Assembly: GCA_036676295.1 (NCBI GenBank)
Contig: JAKFDE010000035.1
Span: 18,727-82,726, forward strand
DNA: 64,000 bases
Direction: 5' to 3'
Origin: Bacteroidia bacterium
Lineage (GTDB): Bacteria > Bacteroidota > Bacteroidia > B-17B0 > Aurantibacillaceae
Within the stretch, counting starts at the first letter, position 1, and the number at the start of each line of letters is the position of its first letter. The notes below the pieces were generated by a model, which saw only the letters and a program-made list of their open reading frames with translations, did not search any database and was not told the origin of the DNA. The translations under genes and the position numbers were made by a program. Below are positions 10,116-20,143 of the stretch, in pieces.

Positions 10116-11477
10116 CTAATATTTTTGTTTTAAATAAACTTCTTCAATTATTTTCAAATCTTTGTATGCCAGCGTTTCATGTTCTTTGTGAAACAATGCA
10201 GGGTTCTCGTAATACATCAAAATTCCAATTGGATATTCTTTATCAATATAAGTCAAGCCTCGCGTTTTAGGTTTTAGTAAAAATATTTCTTTTTTGTGAT
10301 CGTCTTCGTTCCATACTTCTAATAAATACGTCACAACATCATTTTTTAAATAATATTTTTTGAGTAAGCGTGCTTCTTTTTTGTGTTGTATAACTGACTT
10401 ATCTTTATTGACAGGATAGATCAAAATGGTATCGCCCATGTATTTCAGAAATTGAAACTCTTTTTCACCTTCACCTCTGATCTTAATAGGAATCCATAGG
10501 AATTTAAAATCCTCATCGTCATTTTGTGTGAAGTAAAATGGTAGCTGAAGTTTTATAGGAAAATATTTTCGCTTACTTATTTTTAATCGACTAATTCTAA
10601 CAGAAACTATCAATACTAATAATCCTTCTTTGAAAAGATTATTTAGAACAGATTTCACTGCAAATAAAAAGTCGATATAATAAAAAGCATAAATAAATTC
10701 TAATACAATTAAGGAAGTGTACCAAAATAGTATGGTTTTATATAAGGCTGTAGCGGAAGCAATTTTTCGGTAATTAAAATAGGGCGAATAGTTAATAGCA
10801 TTATTAAACATCTGGATCCAAAAATTTATTCCTACCAAATAAACAACAGTTGCTAAAAATGGAGTGAGTATGCCAATAAATTCCTGAGTTAAAAAGAAAT
10901 CAAATAGTCCATGCGATGCAATTGCTACAGCAATTCCTATGATCGAATTAAGATATACATTTCCCTTATTGAAAATTTTATATCTATATAAACCGTATAC
11001 ACAAATACTTGTATTAATGATATGGGCCAAACAGGCAATGATCGTTCTACCGGTGATTGTTTGGGAACCATAATTATTATAATAAATAAAATTCTCCCGT
11101 ATAGAAAAACCTAAGGCTACAATGCCAGCAAATAATAAATAATCAATGGGTTCGCTAATTCGTTTTTTCAGAAGAAGAAAAGTAATGAATACACCAATTA
11201 ACTTTACAAATTCTTCGGTAACGCCAATGCCGAAAATGGAATATAGAAAATCATTCACGAATTCGCCATCAAACTTAAAGCCTAAATAATCGAGTCCTGC
11301 GTAAACCCATAAAGCCAAAGTAGGAGTGAAGTATCCTATAGAAAATGCCACACAAACATCAATCGTACGTTCTGCTTCCAGCATATCTATTTTCCGGAAA
11401 TAAGCCAGCCAAAGCATGGCGCCTATGACGGCGCCAAGAATTGGAAATATCAGATAGATATGGTAGGCAGTTATCAC
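10116..11477 (-). CDS. PrsW-family intramembrane protease-like membrane protein with extra soluble C-terminal domain
   Basis: 453 aa with GTG start. Multi-TM N-terminal part carries EEFVK, GFSIRENFIYY, AHIINT and SHGLFDF motifs matching PrsW signatures. The last ~170 aa are a hydrophilic domain of unknown type. Confidence 0.55.
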   Translation of the reverse strand: MITAYHIYLIFPILGAVIGAMLWLAYFRKIDMLEAERTIDVCVAFSIGYFTPTLALWVYAGLDYLGFKFDGEFVNDFLYSIFGIGVTEEFVKLIGVFITFLLLKKRISEPIDYLLFAGIVALGFSIRENFIYYNNYGSQTITGRTIIACLAHIINTSICVYGLYRYKIFNKGNVYLNSIIGIAVAIASHGLFDFFLTQEFIGILTPFLATVVYLVGINFWIQMFNNAINYSPYFNYRKIASATALYKTILFWYTSLIVLEFIYAFYYIDFLFAVKSVLNNLFKEGLLVLIVSVRISRLKISKRKYFPIKLQLPFYFTQNDDEDFKFLWIPIKIRGEGEKEFQFLKYMGDTILIYPVNKDKSVIQHKKEARLLKKYYLKNDVVTYLLEVWNEDDHKKEIFLLKPKTRGLTYIDKEYPIGILMYYENPALFHKEHETLAYKDLKIIEEVYLKQKY

Positions 11478-11493
11478 GGGAGGTTTTTAAATA

Positions 11494-11530
11494 AAAAATC
11501 CCTCCACCAAGCGGGGAGGGATTTTATTTT
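11494..11530. terminator. Intrinsic terminator downstream of dnaA
   Basis: aaaaaatccctcc-accaagcgg-ggagggatttt hairpin flanked by A-run and T-run, 15 nt after the dnaA stop. Confidence 0.7.
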
Positions 11531-11544
11531 TATAAAAGCATTGC

Positions 11545-12981
11545 TTAGTTATTAATGCTGATTTTTTTATCTAATTCTTCAATGTAAGCTTTGAAGCGTT
11601 TATCTGTATCCATTAAGTTATTTACCGTACGGCAAGCATGTAATACAGTAGCGTGATCTTTACCACCGCAATGCATACCAATAGTAGCTAAAGATGATTT
11701 AGTCATACTCTTTGCAAAGAACATGGCAATTTGACGAGCCTGAACTACTTCACGTTTACGAGTTTTAGATTTCATTAAATCGATGTTTAAGTCGAAATAA
11801 TCGCAAACTACTTTTTGGATATAGTCGATAGAAACTTCGCGAGCCGTTGATTTAACAAATTTGTCAATCATTTGTTTCGCTAATTCTAACGTAATTGTTT
11901 TTTTGTTTAAAGAAGATTGTGCTAATAATGAAATTAAAGCTCCTTCTAATTCACGTACGTTTGAAGTGATGCTGTATGCTAAATACTCACAAACTTCTTT
12001 AGGTAATTGAATTCCTTCGTTATACACTTTCTTTTCTAAGATCGCGATACGGGTTTCTAAACCAGGAGTTTGTAAATCTGCGCTTAAGCCCCATTTGAAA
12101 CGAGATAATAAACGTTGTTCAATTCCTTGCATTTCTACAGGTGCACGATCAGCAGTTAAGATGATTTGTTTACCTAATTGGTGTAAGTGATTGAAAATAT
12201 GGAAGAATACATCCTGAGTTTTTTCTTTTCCTGCTAAGTATTGAATATCGTCAATAATTAACGTGTCTATCATTTGGTAGAAATGAACGAAATCATTTTG
12301 GTTATTGTTTTTGATAGCATCAATGAACTGAGCAATGAATTTTTCTGATTGAACGTAAAGAACAGTTTTATTAGGAAAGTTCTTTTTGATCTCAATACCA
12401 ATAGCCTGAGCTAAGTGAGTTTTACCTAAACCAACACCACCGTATAATAATAATGGGTTAAAAGCAGTTCCTCCTGGTTTTTGAGATACAGCATATCCGG
12501 CAGAACGAGCTAAACGATTACAATCACCTTCAATAAAGTTTTCGAAAACGTAGTTAGGGTTTAATTGAGACTCTACAGATACTTTTTTTAAACCTGGTAT
12601 AATAAACGGGTTTCTGATAGCGCCATTGCTAATATCAATTGGCATTGAAACCGGATTGTTTCTTAAGTTGGTGTTAATATTCGGAACTTTAAGCATTACT
12701 GCTTTTTCAGATTTACCTGTTCCGTTATCCATTACAATGCTGTATTCAATTCTTCCTTCTGCACCTAATTCTTTACGAATTACTTTCTTTAAAATTGTAA
12801 TATAATGTTCTTCTAACCATTCATAAAAAAATTGTGATGGTACTTGTATATTTAAAACGTTATCCTGAATCTTTATTGCTTTAATCGGTTCGAACCAAGT
12901 TGCGAAATTTTGAGGGCTTACATTATCCTGAATTACTTTGAGGCAATTCTTCCACACGGTCTCTGCTGTTTTTTCCTTCAT
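11545..12981 (-). CDS. dnaA: Chromosomal replication initiator protein DnaA
   Basis: 478 aa. AAA+ core (GGVGLGKTHL Walker A, IIDDIQ Walker B) and the C-terminal DnaA-box-binding domain (VQARQIAMFF...GGKDHATVLHA). Confidence 0.97.
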   Translation of the reverse strand: MKEKTAETVWKNCLKVIQDNVSPQNFATWFEPIKAIKIQDNVLNIQVPSQFFYEWLEEHYITILKKVIRKELGAEGRIEYSIVMDNGTGKSEKAVMLKVPNINTNLRNNPVSMPIDISNGAIRNPFIIPGLKKVSVESQLNPNYVFENFIEGDCNRLARSAGYAVSQKPGGTAFNPLLLYGGVGLGKTHLAQAIGIEIKKNFPNKTVLYVQSEKFIAQFIDAIKNNNQNDFVHFYQMIDTLIIDDIQYLAGKEKTQDVFFHIFNHLHQLGKQIILTADRAPVEMQGIEQRLLSRFKWGLSADLQTPGLETRIAILEKKVYNEGIQLPKEVCEYLAYSITSNVRELEGALISLLAQSSLNKKTITLELAKQMIDKFVKSTAREVSIDYIQKVVCDYFDLNIDLMKSKTRKREVVQARQIAMFFAKSMTKSSLATIGMHCGGKDHATVLHACRTVNNLMDTDKRFKAYIEELDKKISINN

Positions 12982-13119
12982 ATTATAAAAAAGTTTTAAA
13001 GTATATAGTGTTTAGTCTTATTAACAATTCTGAGTTTGTAAATATATATCGATTATTTAATCTCGCAAGAGAAAAATGAATAAATAATTTCAAAAAATTT
13101 TCGTTTTGGGCTTGCTTTT

Positions 13120-14052
13120 TTAAATTTTTCTGTTATCTGAATTATGGGATATTTTTTTCTTACCATGAGAAAAGAACACATCTACTTTCCCTAACCAAAT
13201 TCCTGCCCATCCAACTTGCGTTACAAATACTTCTTTACCCACTCTGTTAGCCACTTTTACAGGGTGTTCCAGAAAGGTATGTGAATGCCCGCCGATGATC
13301 AGATCAATATTTTCGGTTTGTGGAGCCATGCTCATATCACTTATTTTTTTGTCGTTATACGAAAAGCCTAAATGAGATAAAGCAATTACATAATCGCAGC
13401 CTAAATCCTGTTTTAATAATTTAGCCGTAGCATTGGCAATTGGCAATGGGTTTTGGTAGACCGTTTCTTTGTACATTTTTTTGTCAACTAAACCATCTAA
13501 TTCAATTCCGTACCCTAAAATGCCAATTTTGATCCCGCTTTTTGTAAAAATCTTGTAAGGAGAGATCTTGTTATTTAAACAGGTATTTGAAAAATCATAG
13601 TTACAGTTGATGAATGAAAATTTTGCATGAGGCATTTGTTTTTCAATATTTTCAATACTCAAATCAAAATCGTGATTGCCAATTGTTGTGGCATCATAAC
13701 CCATCATGCTCATTAATGTGTATTCCAACTCACCTTGGTATAAATTGAAGTAAGGCGTGCCCTGAAAGATGTCTCCTGCGTCTAATAATAACACATTCTC
13801 ATTCTCTTTTTTTATTTGTTCTACAATGGCAGCTCTCCGAGCAAAGCCTCCCATATTGGCAAATTTAGGGTCATTGCTGGGAAAAGGTTCAATGCGACTA
13901 TGAATATCATTGGTGTATAAAATAGTCAGCTTTGTTAGGTCCTTGCTGATGAGGGCTTCTTTTGATAATGCCGGAAAACCAGCTAATACAGCTGTTGTGC
14001 CAGCAAAATATTTTAAAAAGTCACGTCTATTTTGATATTGAAATTCTGCCAT
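13120..14052 (-). CDS. Metallophosphoesterase (5'-nucleotidase/UshA N-terminal-type domain), Tat-type signal
   Basis: 310 aa. RRDFLKY twin-arginine-like N-terminus. TNDIHS, DAGD, GNHDF and GGHSH metallophosphatase motifs. Confidence 0.8.
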   Translation of the reverse strand: MAEFQYQNRRDFLKYFAGTTAVLAGFPALSKEALISKDLTKLTILYTNDIHSRIEPFPSNDPKFANMGGFARRAAIVEQIKKENENVLLLDAGDIFQGTPYFNLYQGELEYTLMSMMGYDATTIGNHDFDLSIENIEKQMPHAKFSFINCNYDFSNTCLNNKISPYKIFTKSGIKIGILGYGIELDGLVDKKMYKETVYQNPLPIANATAKLLKQDLGCDYVIALSHLGFSYNDKKISDMSMAPQTENIDLIIGGHSHTFLEHPVKVANRVGKEVFVTQVGWAGIWLGKVDVFFSHGKKKISHNSDNRKI

Positions 14053-14779
14053 CTAAATACGGTTTTAAAGTTTTTCCTTGTTTGGTCATATCATTGCAGT
14101 AGTTAATAACTACATCTCTCAGTAAGGCATTCATTGGTTTTCGTTCAATGGCATTTTTAAAGAAGGTGTAGTTATCTCCTCCATTGGCTAAATAATCAGA
14201 GGTTACTACCCAATAATTTTTTGTTTCATCAAATGCTTTTCCCCTAATAGTGATGTCAGTTGGTGTAGTTCCTTTCATCACCATTCGCATGCCACCAACC
14301 GGAATACCACCTTTTTCTACGATCTTAAAACACATATCTTTGAATTGAACGCCACTTAATTTTAGTAATACTAATTCATTATCAAAAGGCATTAACTCAA
14401 AAATATTTCCAATAGTGATATTGCCTTTTGGTAAAGAATTACGGAGCCCGCCTTTATTAAATACGGCGGCATCCAACATGGCAGAGTCTTTTCCTAATAA
14501 TAGTTTGGTTTCATAAATAACACCATCGCAAAAAAAGTTTCCTAAAGTACTTTCCACATCAGCTTTTATAAAGGCATCTTCAGCTTGTGCAATTACTTTA
14601 TGCATTTGTTCATCATGCGATTTTTTATAGGGTGCTATTACTTTGTAAATGTTGCTGTCAATGTCATTTTTGTTAATAACATAATGCGACTCTGCAACAT
14701 TAGATACAATGGCTTTGTGTTGACAGCCGGATAAACTAATAAGTGCTGAAAAAAATATAGAACAGAAGAATAATTTCAT
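14027..14779 (-). CDS. 5'-nucleotidase C-terminal (substrate-binding) domain lipoprotein
   Basis: 250 aa. Lipobox LSGC. Resembles the UshA C-terminal domain. Overlaps the downstream metallophosphatase gene by 26 nt. Confidence 0.7.
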   Translation of the reverse strand: MKLFFCSIFFSALISLSGCQHKAIVSNVAESHYVINKNDIDSNIYKVIAPYKKSHDEQMHKVIAQAEDAFIKADVESTLGNFFCDGVIYETKLLLGKDSAMLDAAVFNKGGLRNSLPKGNITIGNIFELMPFDNELVLLKLSGVQFKDMCFKIVEKGGIPVGGMRMVMKGTTPTDITIRGKAFDETKNYWVVTSDYLANGGDNYTFFKNAIERKPMNALLRDVVINYCNDMTKQGKTLKPYLDGRISISK

Positions 14780-14822
14780 GAATTTATAAAGTAAATTAGG
14801 AGTCTTAAAGATACGTTTTTTT

Positions 14823-15236
14823 ATGATAAAATCCGAGACATCAGTACGTGTAAGATATGGTGAAACTGACCAAATGGGCTTTGTATATTATGGGGTATAT
14901 GCTCAATATTATGAGGTAGGAAGAGTGGAGGCCATGCGCAGTTTAGGTTTTAGTTACCGCGAAATGGAAGAAGCGGGTGTATTGATGCCGGTGATCAATC
15001 TTAACATTAATTACAAAAAACCTGCCCTATATGATGATGAAGTAAGGATCGTAACTACTATCACAGAAATGCCATCGGTGAGAATTACATTTCACTACGA
15101 ATGTTTCAATCAAAAAAATGAACTACTCAATAATGGTTCTGTAACTCTTGTATTTATTGATAAAGTAAAAAATAAACCAATGCAACCGCCTCAATGGTTT
15201 TTAGATGGGTTTATGAAGAAGTTTAAAAAAGATTAA
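14823..15236 (+). CDS. Acyl-CoA thioesterase, YbgC/4HBT hotdog family
   Basis: 137 aa. VRVRYGETDQMGFVYYGVYAQYYEVGRVEAMR is typical of YbgC-like thioesterases. Confidence 0.8.
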   Translation: MIKSETSVRVRYGETDQMGFVYYGVYAQYYEVGRVEAMRSLGFSYREMEEAGVLMPVINLNINYKKPALYDDEVRIVTTITEMPSVRITFHYECFNQKNELLNNGSVTLVFIDKVKNKPMQPPQWFLDGFMKKFKKD

Positions 15237-15270
15237 GGACACAAGATTAAAGATTTATGATTCGTAAAAA

Positions 15271-16125
15271 TCAAAATCTAATCTCGCAACCGGGTAACAA
15301 TGCTTTTAACTCTTCAATGTATTCTTTAGAAAAATTATTGCCACGAACATCAAGCAGAGTAAGGTTTTCAAGCTGAGAGATGGAATCCGGCAATTTTTTT
15401 AGAAAATTATTTTTGACAGAAAGTAACCGTAAATTTTTGGCTAAATAAATTTGATAAGGAATTTCATTGAGTTTATTTGCATCTAAAACCAACACTTCCA
15501 ACGTATTAAAACGTTCAAAATGTTTGGTAAGGTAAAATACATTTGCATTGGTTAAGTTTAAATAATTCAAATTTGGAACTTTGAATATTTCTTTTGGAAA
15601 GCTATCTAATACACAGTTTTCAATTGTCACATCTTTTAAATTTTTTAAATAACGTAAAGACGTTGGTAAATGTAACGTATCGTTTGTAGAGGAAATTTTC
15701 AATGTTTTTAATTTACTTAAGTAAGCAATATCAGCAGGAATGCTATCGAATTTTGCTCCAAAGAATTCCAGATAATTTAAATTTGCTAACTTTTTAAAAT
15801 CGGGAGGAAAGCTTTCAAATTCATTGTTATAGCTGGCAAAATAAACCAAATTATATAGATCACTAAATCCGGGGGGAAAGGTTTTCACTTCATTACCACT
15901 CAGTTTTAAAGCCTGAAGGTCTTTGAGCTTACCTAATTTTGCATATAATTTTGGCTCCAGTTTTTGATAGCTGAGATCCATTTTAAATACATTTTTCTGA
16001 ATATCTAAAGCCACTTTTAGATCGGTGTAAACTTTAGAACCAAAAGGCCCGTATTTATCAAATTCATTATTTTGAGCAAAGCTTAAGCTTGTAATCAATA
16101 AAAATATGAAGAGGAATTTGTACAT
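15271..16125 (-). CDS. Secreted leucine-rich-repeat protein
   Basis: Repeated L..L..L.L..N.L..(F/I)P units. Signal peptide MYKFLFIFLLITSLSFAQ. The ORF-track start at 16149 is TTG, so ATG at 16125 is preferred. Confidence 0.7.
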   Translation of the reverse strand: MYKFLFIFLLITSLSFAQNNEFDKYGPFGSKVYTDLKVALDIQKNVFKMDLSYQKLEPKLYAKLGKLKDLQALKLSGNEVKTFPPGFSDLYNLVYFASYNNEFESFPPDFKKLANLNYLEFFGAKFDSIPADIAYLSKLKTLKISSTNDTLHLPTSLRYLKNLKDVTIENCVLDSFPKEIFKVPNLNYLNLTNANVFYLTKHFERFNTLEVLVLDANKLNEIPYQIYLAKNLRLLSVKNNFLKKLPDSISQLENLTLLDVRGNNFSKEYIEELKALLPGCEIRF

Positions 16126-16184
16126 ATCGGTTCTAACGAATGTACTCAATTTTTTGAAAAATAAAAGTGGGAATGAATAAATTG

Positions 16185-16598
16185 TTAGAAACCCATTTTC
16201 GTCAAAATTTCAAGCTTGTAGTGCATATCCAGCGAGTAGGATAGTGTTGCCTGAGTTTTCAAAAATGAATACAGTAAAAATGCCTTTTTATAACACTGGT
16301 CGGCTTGTTTTGAAGATGTTTCTGACTTTAAATAATATTCTGCTTTTTCAAACAAGAGATCGCCTAACATTTTTAGTTGTTCGTCGCTTAGCTTTTTGTC
16401 TTCAATTAAAGTTTGTAATAGTAGTTCGTCAGGGATCGTTTCTACAAAATTAATTTCAGTACTGGTATATTTTTGTGAGGTGGTGTTTATTAATTCTTCC
16501 AATTCCGAAAATTTGGCATCACGTTTTAATCCTAATAAAACGGCCATTACTTTTCCAAATTCTTCAAATTGTTTAACTAAATAATCACGCTTTAACAT
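16185..16598 (-). CDS. Hypothetical protein
   Basis: 137 aa ORF with ATG start. Overlaps the coaE stop by 14 nt, which suggests co-transcription. No motif recognised. Confidence 0.4.
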   Translation of the reverse strand: MLKRDYLVKQFEEFGKVMAVLLGLKRDAKFSELEELINTTSQKYTSTEINFVETIPDELLLQTLIEDKKLSDEQLKMLGDLLFEKAEYYLKSETSSKQADQCYKKAFLLYSFLKTQATLSYSLDMHYKLEILTKMGF

Positions 16599-17175
16599 GA
16601 GTTTTTAATTTGTTGATGATCTGTAATACTTGTGGAATTAAGGCATTCGAAGGATCGTTGCTAATAGTGAAATTAGCTAAAGGAATTTTTTGCTCATCGG
16701 TCCATTGGGCATGCATGCGCTTTTCAATTTCTTCTTTTGAAACAGAACTACGTTTCATTACCCGCTCTATTTTTACATCTAATGAAGCAGTCACAATGAT
16801 ATTATAATCCAGATCTTTATAGATACCGGTTTCAAATAATAAAGCGGTTTCTTTGATGATCAATTTATTTTGAGGGAATAGCGCAACAAATTGTTCAAAA
16901 TCTGTTTTTACTGCCGGATGAATAATAGCGTTTAGTTGATGTAAGAGTAACGTGTCTCCAAATACTTTTTTTGAAATATAATTCTTATCAATTTCCTGAT
17001 CTGATACATAAGCTTCTTTGCCTAATAAAGAGATGACTTGTTGTTTGACCTGAGGCTCGAAATATAATTCTTTGGCTCTTTCATCGGAATTATAGACAGC
17101 GCAACCCATTGTTTCAAACAATTTAGCTACCGTTGTTTTTCCGCTACCTATGCCGCCTGTAAGCCCAATGATCAT
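16585..17175 (-). CDS. coaE: Dephospho-CoA kinase
   Basis: 196 aa. MIIGLTGGIGSGKTT P-loop at the extreme N-terminus. Confidence 0.9.
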   Translation of the reverse strand: MIIGLTGGIGSGKTTVAKLFETMGCAVYNSDERAKELYFEPQVKQQVISLLGKEAYVSDQEIDKNYISKKVFGDTLLLHQLNAIIHPAVKTDFEQFVALFPQNKLIIKETALLFETGIYKDLDYNIIVTASLDVKIERVMKRSSVSKEEIEKRMHAQWTDEQKIPLANFTISNDPSNALIPQVLQIINKLKTHVKA

Positions 17176-18140
17176 TATTTGTAAATTAAATAAGAGATGG
17201 TTGAAGGTTCTATTTTCAATATTTTAACTTGAGACGGAGAAACGGCCAATTCAACTTTTAGATTTTTTTCTTTCTGTAAAATTTGTCGGTAATCTACTAC
17301 GGCTTTAAAAGAATTGACATCAATATTGTCATATTCCTGCATTGAAACTAAATAGGTAACATTAACAAATTCAGGGAGTAATTTAATGGTTTGTTTTCCT
17401 GTTTTATTTAAAATTTGAATAGGGATCTTTAAAGTAGCTTCTGTTACACGGTCAACTTCAAAACTGAGTTGAACGTTTTTTGTATTGTAACTAACAGTAG
17501 AAGATTTTTTTATTAACCGAACCGGTGAGGAATAGTTTTCGTGAATGTCTTTTAAGTTTAACTGTTGTGTGTAAACAGTATCTATGTTTTGAAGCGCAAT
17601 GCTATCACCACTGATAGAAATAAAGGCAGGGTTTAATACAGGCGTTGAGATCAAAGAATAGCCGGGTAAACAATGAACTGTTAAGTTTGCTTTTAAAGGA
17701 ACTAATTTTGATTTTCCTTTACTGGAAGAGAAAAATAAAGTATCGGGTCTTATTTTTAAAACATCAACATCAAAATTGATGACATTTTTTAAATTGAAAT
17801 TACCATTACTGATAGAATAAGCCTGAGATTTAGCATTGGTTTTAAGTGAATTAAAATCAATAGACAGCTCTTCAGTTCTTTTTTGCAAAGAAATAAATAA
17901 CAGTTTTAAACCACTGGTTTTTATTTCAATTTCTAATTTTTCGGGTAGTTCGCCAACAATTAATTTATTGGCCGGTAAGTTTTGAAAGGTTACCGGGATG
18001 TGAAGAGTGTACTTGTAATTTCTGTTTAAAGCACGCACCACCCAAAGTAGTGATGCGATGCCTAAACATATTAAGAATGTTACAACTTTTTTACTTAAAA
18101 GTTGACGCCGAATGCGTGTAATGGCATTTGACGATTTCAT
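17175..18140 (-). CDS. YbbR-domain-containing membrane-anchored protein
   Basis: 321 aa. One N-terminal TM helix followed by repeated YbbR-like beta modules. Tentative. Confidence 0.55.
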   Translation of the reverse strand: MKSSNAITRIRRQLLSKKVVTFLICLGIASLLWVVRALNRNYKYTLHIPVTFQNLPANKLIVGELPEKLEIEIKTSGLKLLFISLQKRTEELSIDFNSLKTNAKSQAYSISNGNFNLKNVINFDVDVLKIRPDTLFFSSSKGKSKLVPLKANLTVHCLPGYSLISTPVLNPAFISISGDSIALQNIDTVYTQQLNLKDIHENYSSPVRLIKKSSTVSYNTKNVQLSFEVDRVTEATLKIPIQILNKTGKQTIKLLPEFVNVTYLVSMQEYDNIDVNSFKAVVDYRQILQKEKNLKVELAVSPSQVKILKIEPSTISYLIYK

Positions 18141-18144
18141 TGAA

Positions 18145-18465
18145 TTATGCGTTTTGGTTTAAAGTTGAAGTAGCATCCTGAGAAACAGCATTTTTAGAAA
18201 TTTTCATTTTCGTGCCATCTTCTACAGCCATAATAATGGTGCCATCATCATTCATTTTTTGAATAGTTCCATAGATACCGCCAATAGTTAAAATTTTATC
18301 TCCGGCTTTTAATGCCTCAATGTATTTTTTAGTTTCTTTAGCTTTTTTCATCTGAGGTCTGATCATAAAGAAATAAAATACCACAATGATTAATACTAAA
18401 GGAATAATTTGTGTGATTGGGTTTCCACCTGGTGCACCTCCCATTAAAATAAATAAATTGTTCAT
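18145..18465 (-). CDS. yajC: Preprotein translocase subunit YajC
   Basis: 106 aa. Single TM, then FYFFMIRPQMKKAKE...GDKILTIGGIYG, typical of YajC. Confidence 0.85.
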   Translation of the reverse strand: MNNLFILMGGAPGGNPITQIIPLVLIIVVFYFFMIRPQMKKAKETKKYIEALKAGDKILTIGGIYGTIQKMNDDGTIIMAVEDGTKMKISKNAVSQDATSTLNQNA

Positions 18466-18518
18466 GTTTGTTTGGTTGTTATTTGATTTGTTATTGGTTA
18501 TTTTTTATTGTCGATGTA

Positions 18519-18998
18519 TTAATGTGCTGTTGGCATATTTTTAGAGTCAACAGTTGTAGGCACAATAATATTGGCTTTGATATAAATGATTTTTGTGCTT
18601 GGTTCGCAGTTTGTAACTATAGTTACTGATTTTTCAACTAAGCCTGATTTTCCTTCGCTGCTAAATACAACATTCACGGTTGCCTCTTCGCCCGGAGCAA
18701 TTGGTTTTTTGGGATATTCAGGAACAGTACAACCACAACTACCGCTAGCCGAAGAAATAATTAAATTAGTTCCTCCTGTGTTTTTAAATTTAAAACCGTA
18801 AGTTACTTTTTCACCTTGGGTAATACGCCCAAAATCATGAGTTTCCTCATCAAATTTAATATCAGGTAAGCTGGTGTTATTTTTACCATCAGCTGATTGT
18901 GTGTTCATTACATCATTTGTTGAAATTTCTTTACTTTCTTCTTTACAAGAAGTTGTAATGATTAAAACAGATGCAACCAATAAATAGATAGTTTTCAT
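18519..18998 (-). CDS. DUF1573-domain lipoprotein
   Basis: 159 aa. Lipobox TTSC. F.E..HDFG.I.QGE...F.F.NTG...L.I......CGCT pattern of DUF1573. Confidence 0.7.
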   Translation of the reverse strand: MKTIYLLVASVLIITTSCKEESKEISTNDVMNTQSADGKNNTSLPDIKFDEETHDFGRITQGEKVTYGFKFKNTGGTNLIISSASGSCGCTVPEYPKKPIAPGEEATVNVVFSSEGKSGLVEKSVTIVTNCEPSTKIIYIKANIIVPTTVDSKNMPTAH

Positions 18999-19138
18999 AT
19001 TTTATGTTTTACCGGACGTAAATTTATGATTTTATACCGATTTACAAGGTATTATATTGCATAAAAAACACTAAAAAGGGGTCTGTTTTTTAATAATAAA
19101 TCAGACTCATTTTAGCGATCATAAAATATTTAAATGCC

Positions 19139-20140
19139 TTATAGCAAGGCTTTTAACGAATTAATTTTAGAGATTAATGCTTCTGATTCAATAAAATTCA
19201 GCGTTTGCTGAGCATCGGAGAAAGCTTCTTCCGGTTTTTCGTGTACCTCATAAATTATCCCATCAGCTCCGGATATTAAGGATGATAAAGCAAGTTTAGA
19301 AACATATTCTCTGATTCCTATTCCATGAGAAGGATCGGCAATGACCGGTAAATGTGATCGGTCTTTAAGGATCTGAATGGCGTTAATATCAAATGTATTT
19401 CGGTACATGGTTTCAAATGTACGAATGCCTCTTTCGCATAACATTAAGCGTTCATTTCCTTTACTAAAAATATATTCTGCCGAGGATAATAATTCTTCGA
19501 TGGTCCCACTAACTCCGCGTTTAATTAAAACAGGTTTATCTATTTCTCCTAAGGCATCTAATAAATTAAAGTTTTGTGAGTTGCGGGCACCAACCTGAAA
19601 CACGTCTACATAATCATACATTTCTTTGATCTGTGATACCTGCATCACTTCCGTAATGATCTTAATTTTATGAGGTTTGCATTGTGCCTGCATCATTTTT
19701 AATCCATCTATTCCTAAACCACGAAACGCATAAGGCGAACTACGAGGTTTAAAAACACCACCACGGATAATGTGAATATTGTTTTGAATGAGATGCTCTA
19801 CAACTTTTTTAATTTGTTCTTCACTTTCTACAGAACATGGTCCAGCCATGACAGCAGGGGAACCACCACCAATAATGATGTCATCTCCAAGATCAATTTT
19901 GGTGTTTTCTGTTTTCCATTTGCGACTTACTAATTTGTAATTGTCTGATACACGATGAATATCTTTTACGCCTTTTAAATGGCCAATAGATCTCAAATCA
20001 ACTTCTTCCTTGCCAATGCAAATCAAATAGTTTTCGAATTGAGTGTTGACAGGTGTGATAGAATATTTATAATTTTTGAGCGTAGCATTGATCGTATCAA
20101 TGTCTGCTTGTTGACTGTTTTTATCTAATTGAATGATCAT
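19139..20140 (-). CDS. 3-deoxy-7-phosphoheptulonate (DAHP) synthase, class I-beta with N-terminal regulatory domain
   Basis: 333 aa. KDO8PS/DAHPS-like core (MAGPCSVESEEQ, VADPSHG) preceded by a ~80 aa ferredoxin-like extension. Last gene in the trp gene string. Confidence 0.8.
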   Translation of the reverse strand: MIIQLDKNSQQADIDTINATLKNYKYSITPVNTQFENYLICIGKEEVDLRSIGHLKGVKDIHRVSDNYKLVSRKWKTENTKIDLGDDIIIGGGSPAVMAGPCSVESEEQIKKVVEHLIQNNIHIIRGGVFKPRSSPYAFRGLGIDGLKMMQAQCKPHKIKIITEVMQVSQIKEMYDYVDVFQVGARNSQNFNLLDALGEIDKPVLIKRGVSGTIEELLSSAEYIFSKGNERLMLCERGIRTFETMYRNTFDINAIQILKDRSHLPVIADPSHGIGIREYVSKLALSSLISGADGIIYEVHEKPEEAFSDAQQTLNFIESEALISKINSLKALL

Positions 20141-20143
20141 ATC

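Noticed and set aside
11478-13119. Possible oriC with DnaA boxes flanking dnaA
   Set aside because: I scanned both dnaA flanks by eye for TTATCCACA/TGTGGATAA. I found no match with two or fewer mismatches and no obvious AT-rich 13-mer array. The upstream spacer is only ~140 bp. oriC is probably elsewhere, but a proper DnaA-box/GC-skew scan is needed.
14027-14052. 26-nt overlap of the two 5'-nucleotidase-related ORFs as evidence of a frameshifted pseudogene
   Set aside because: The domain order (C-terminal domain first) is opposite to fused UshA. Each ORF has its own start and export signal, so a frameshift cannot regenerate a canonical enzyme.
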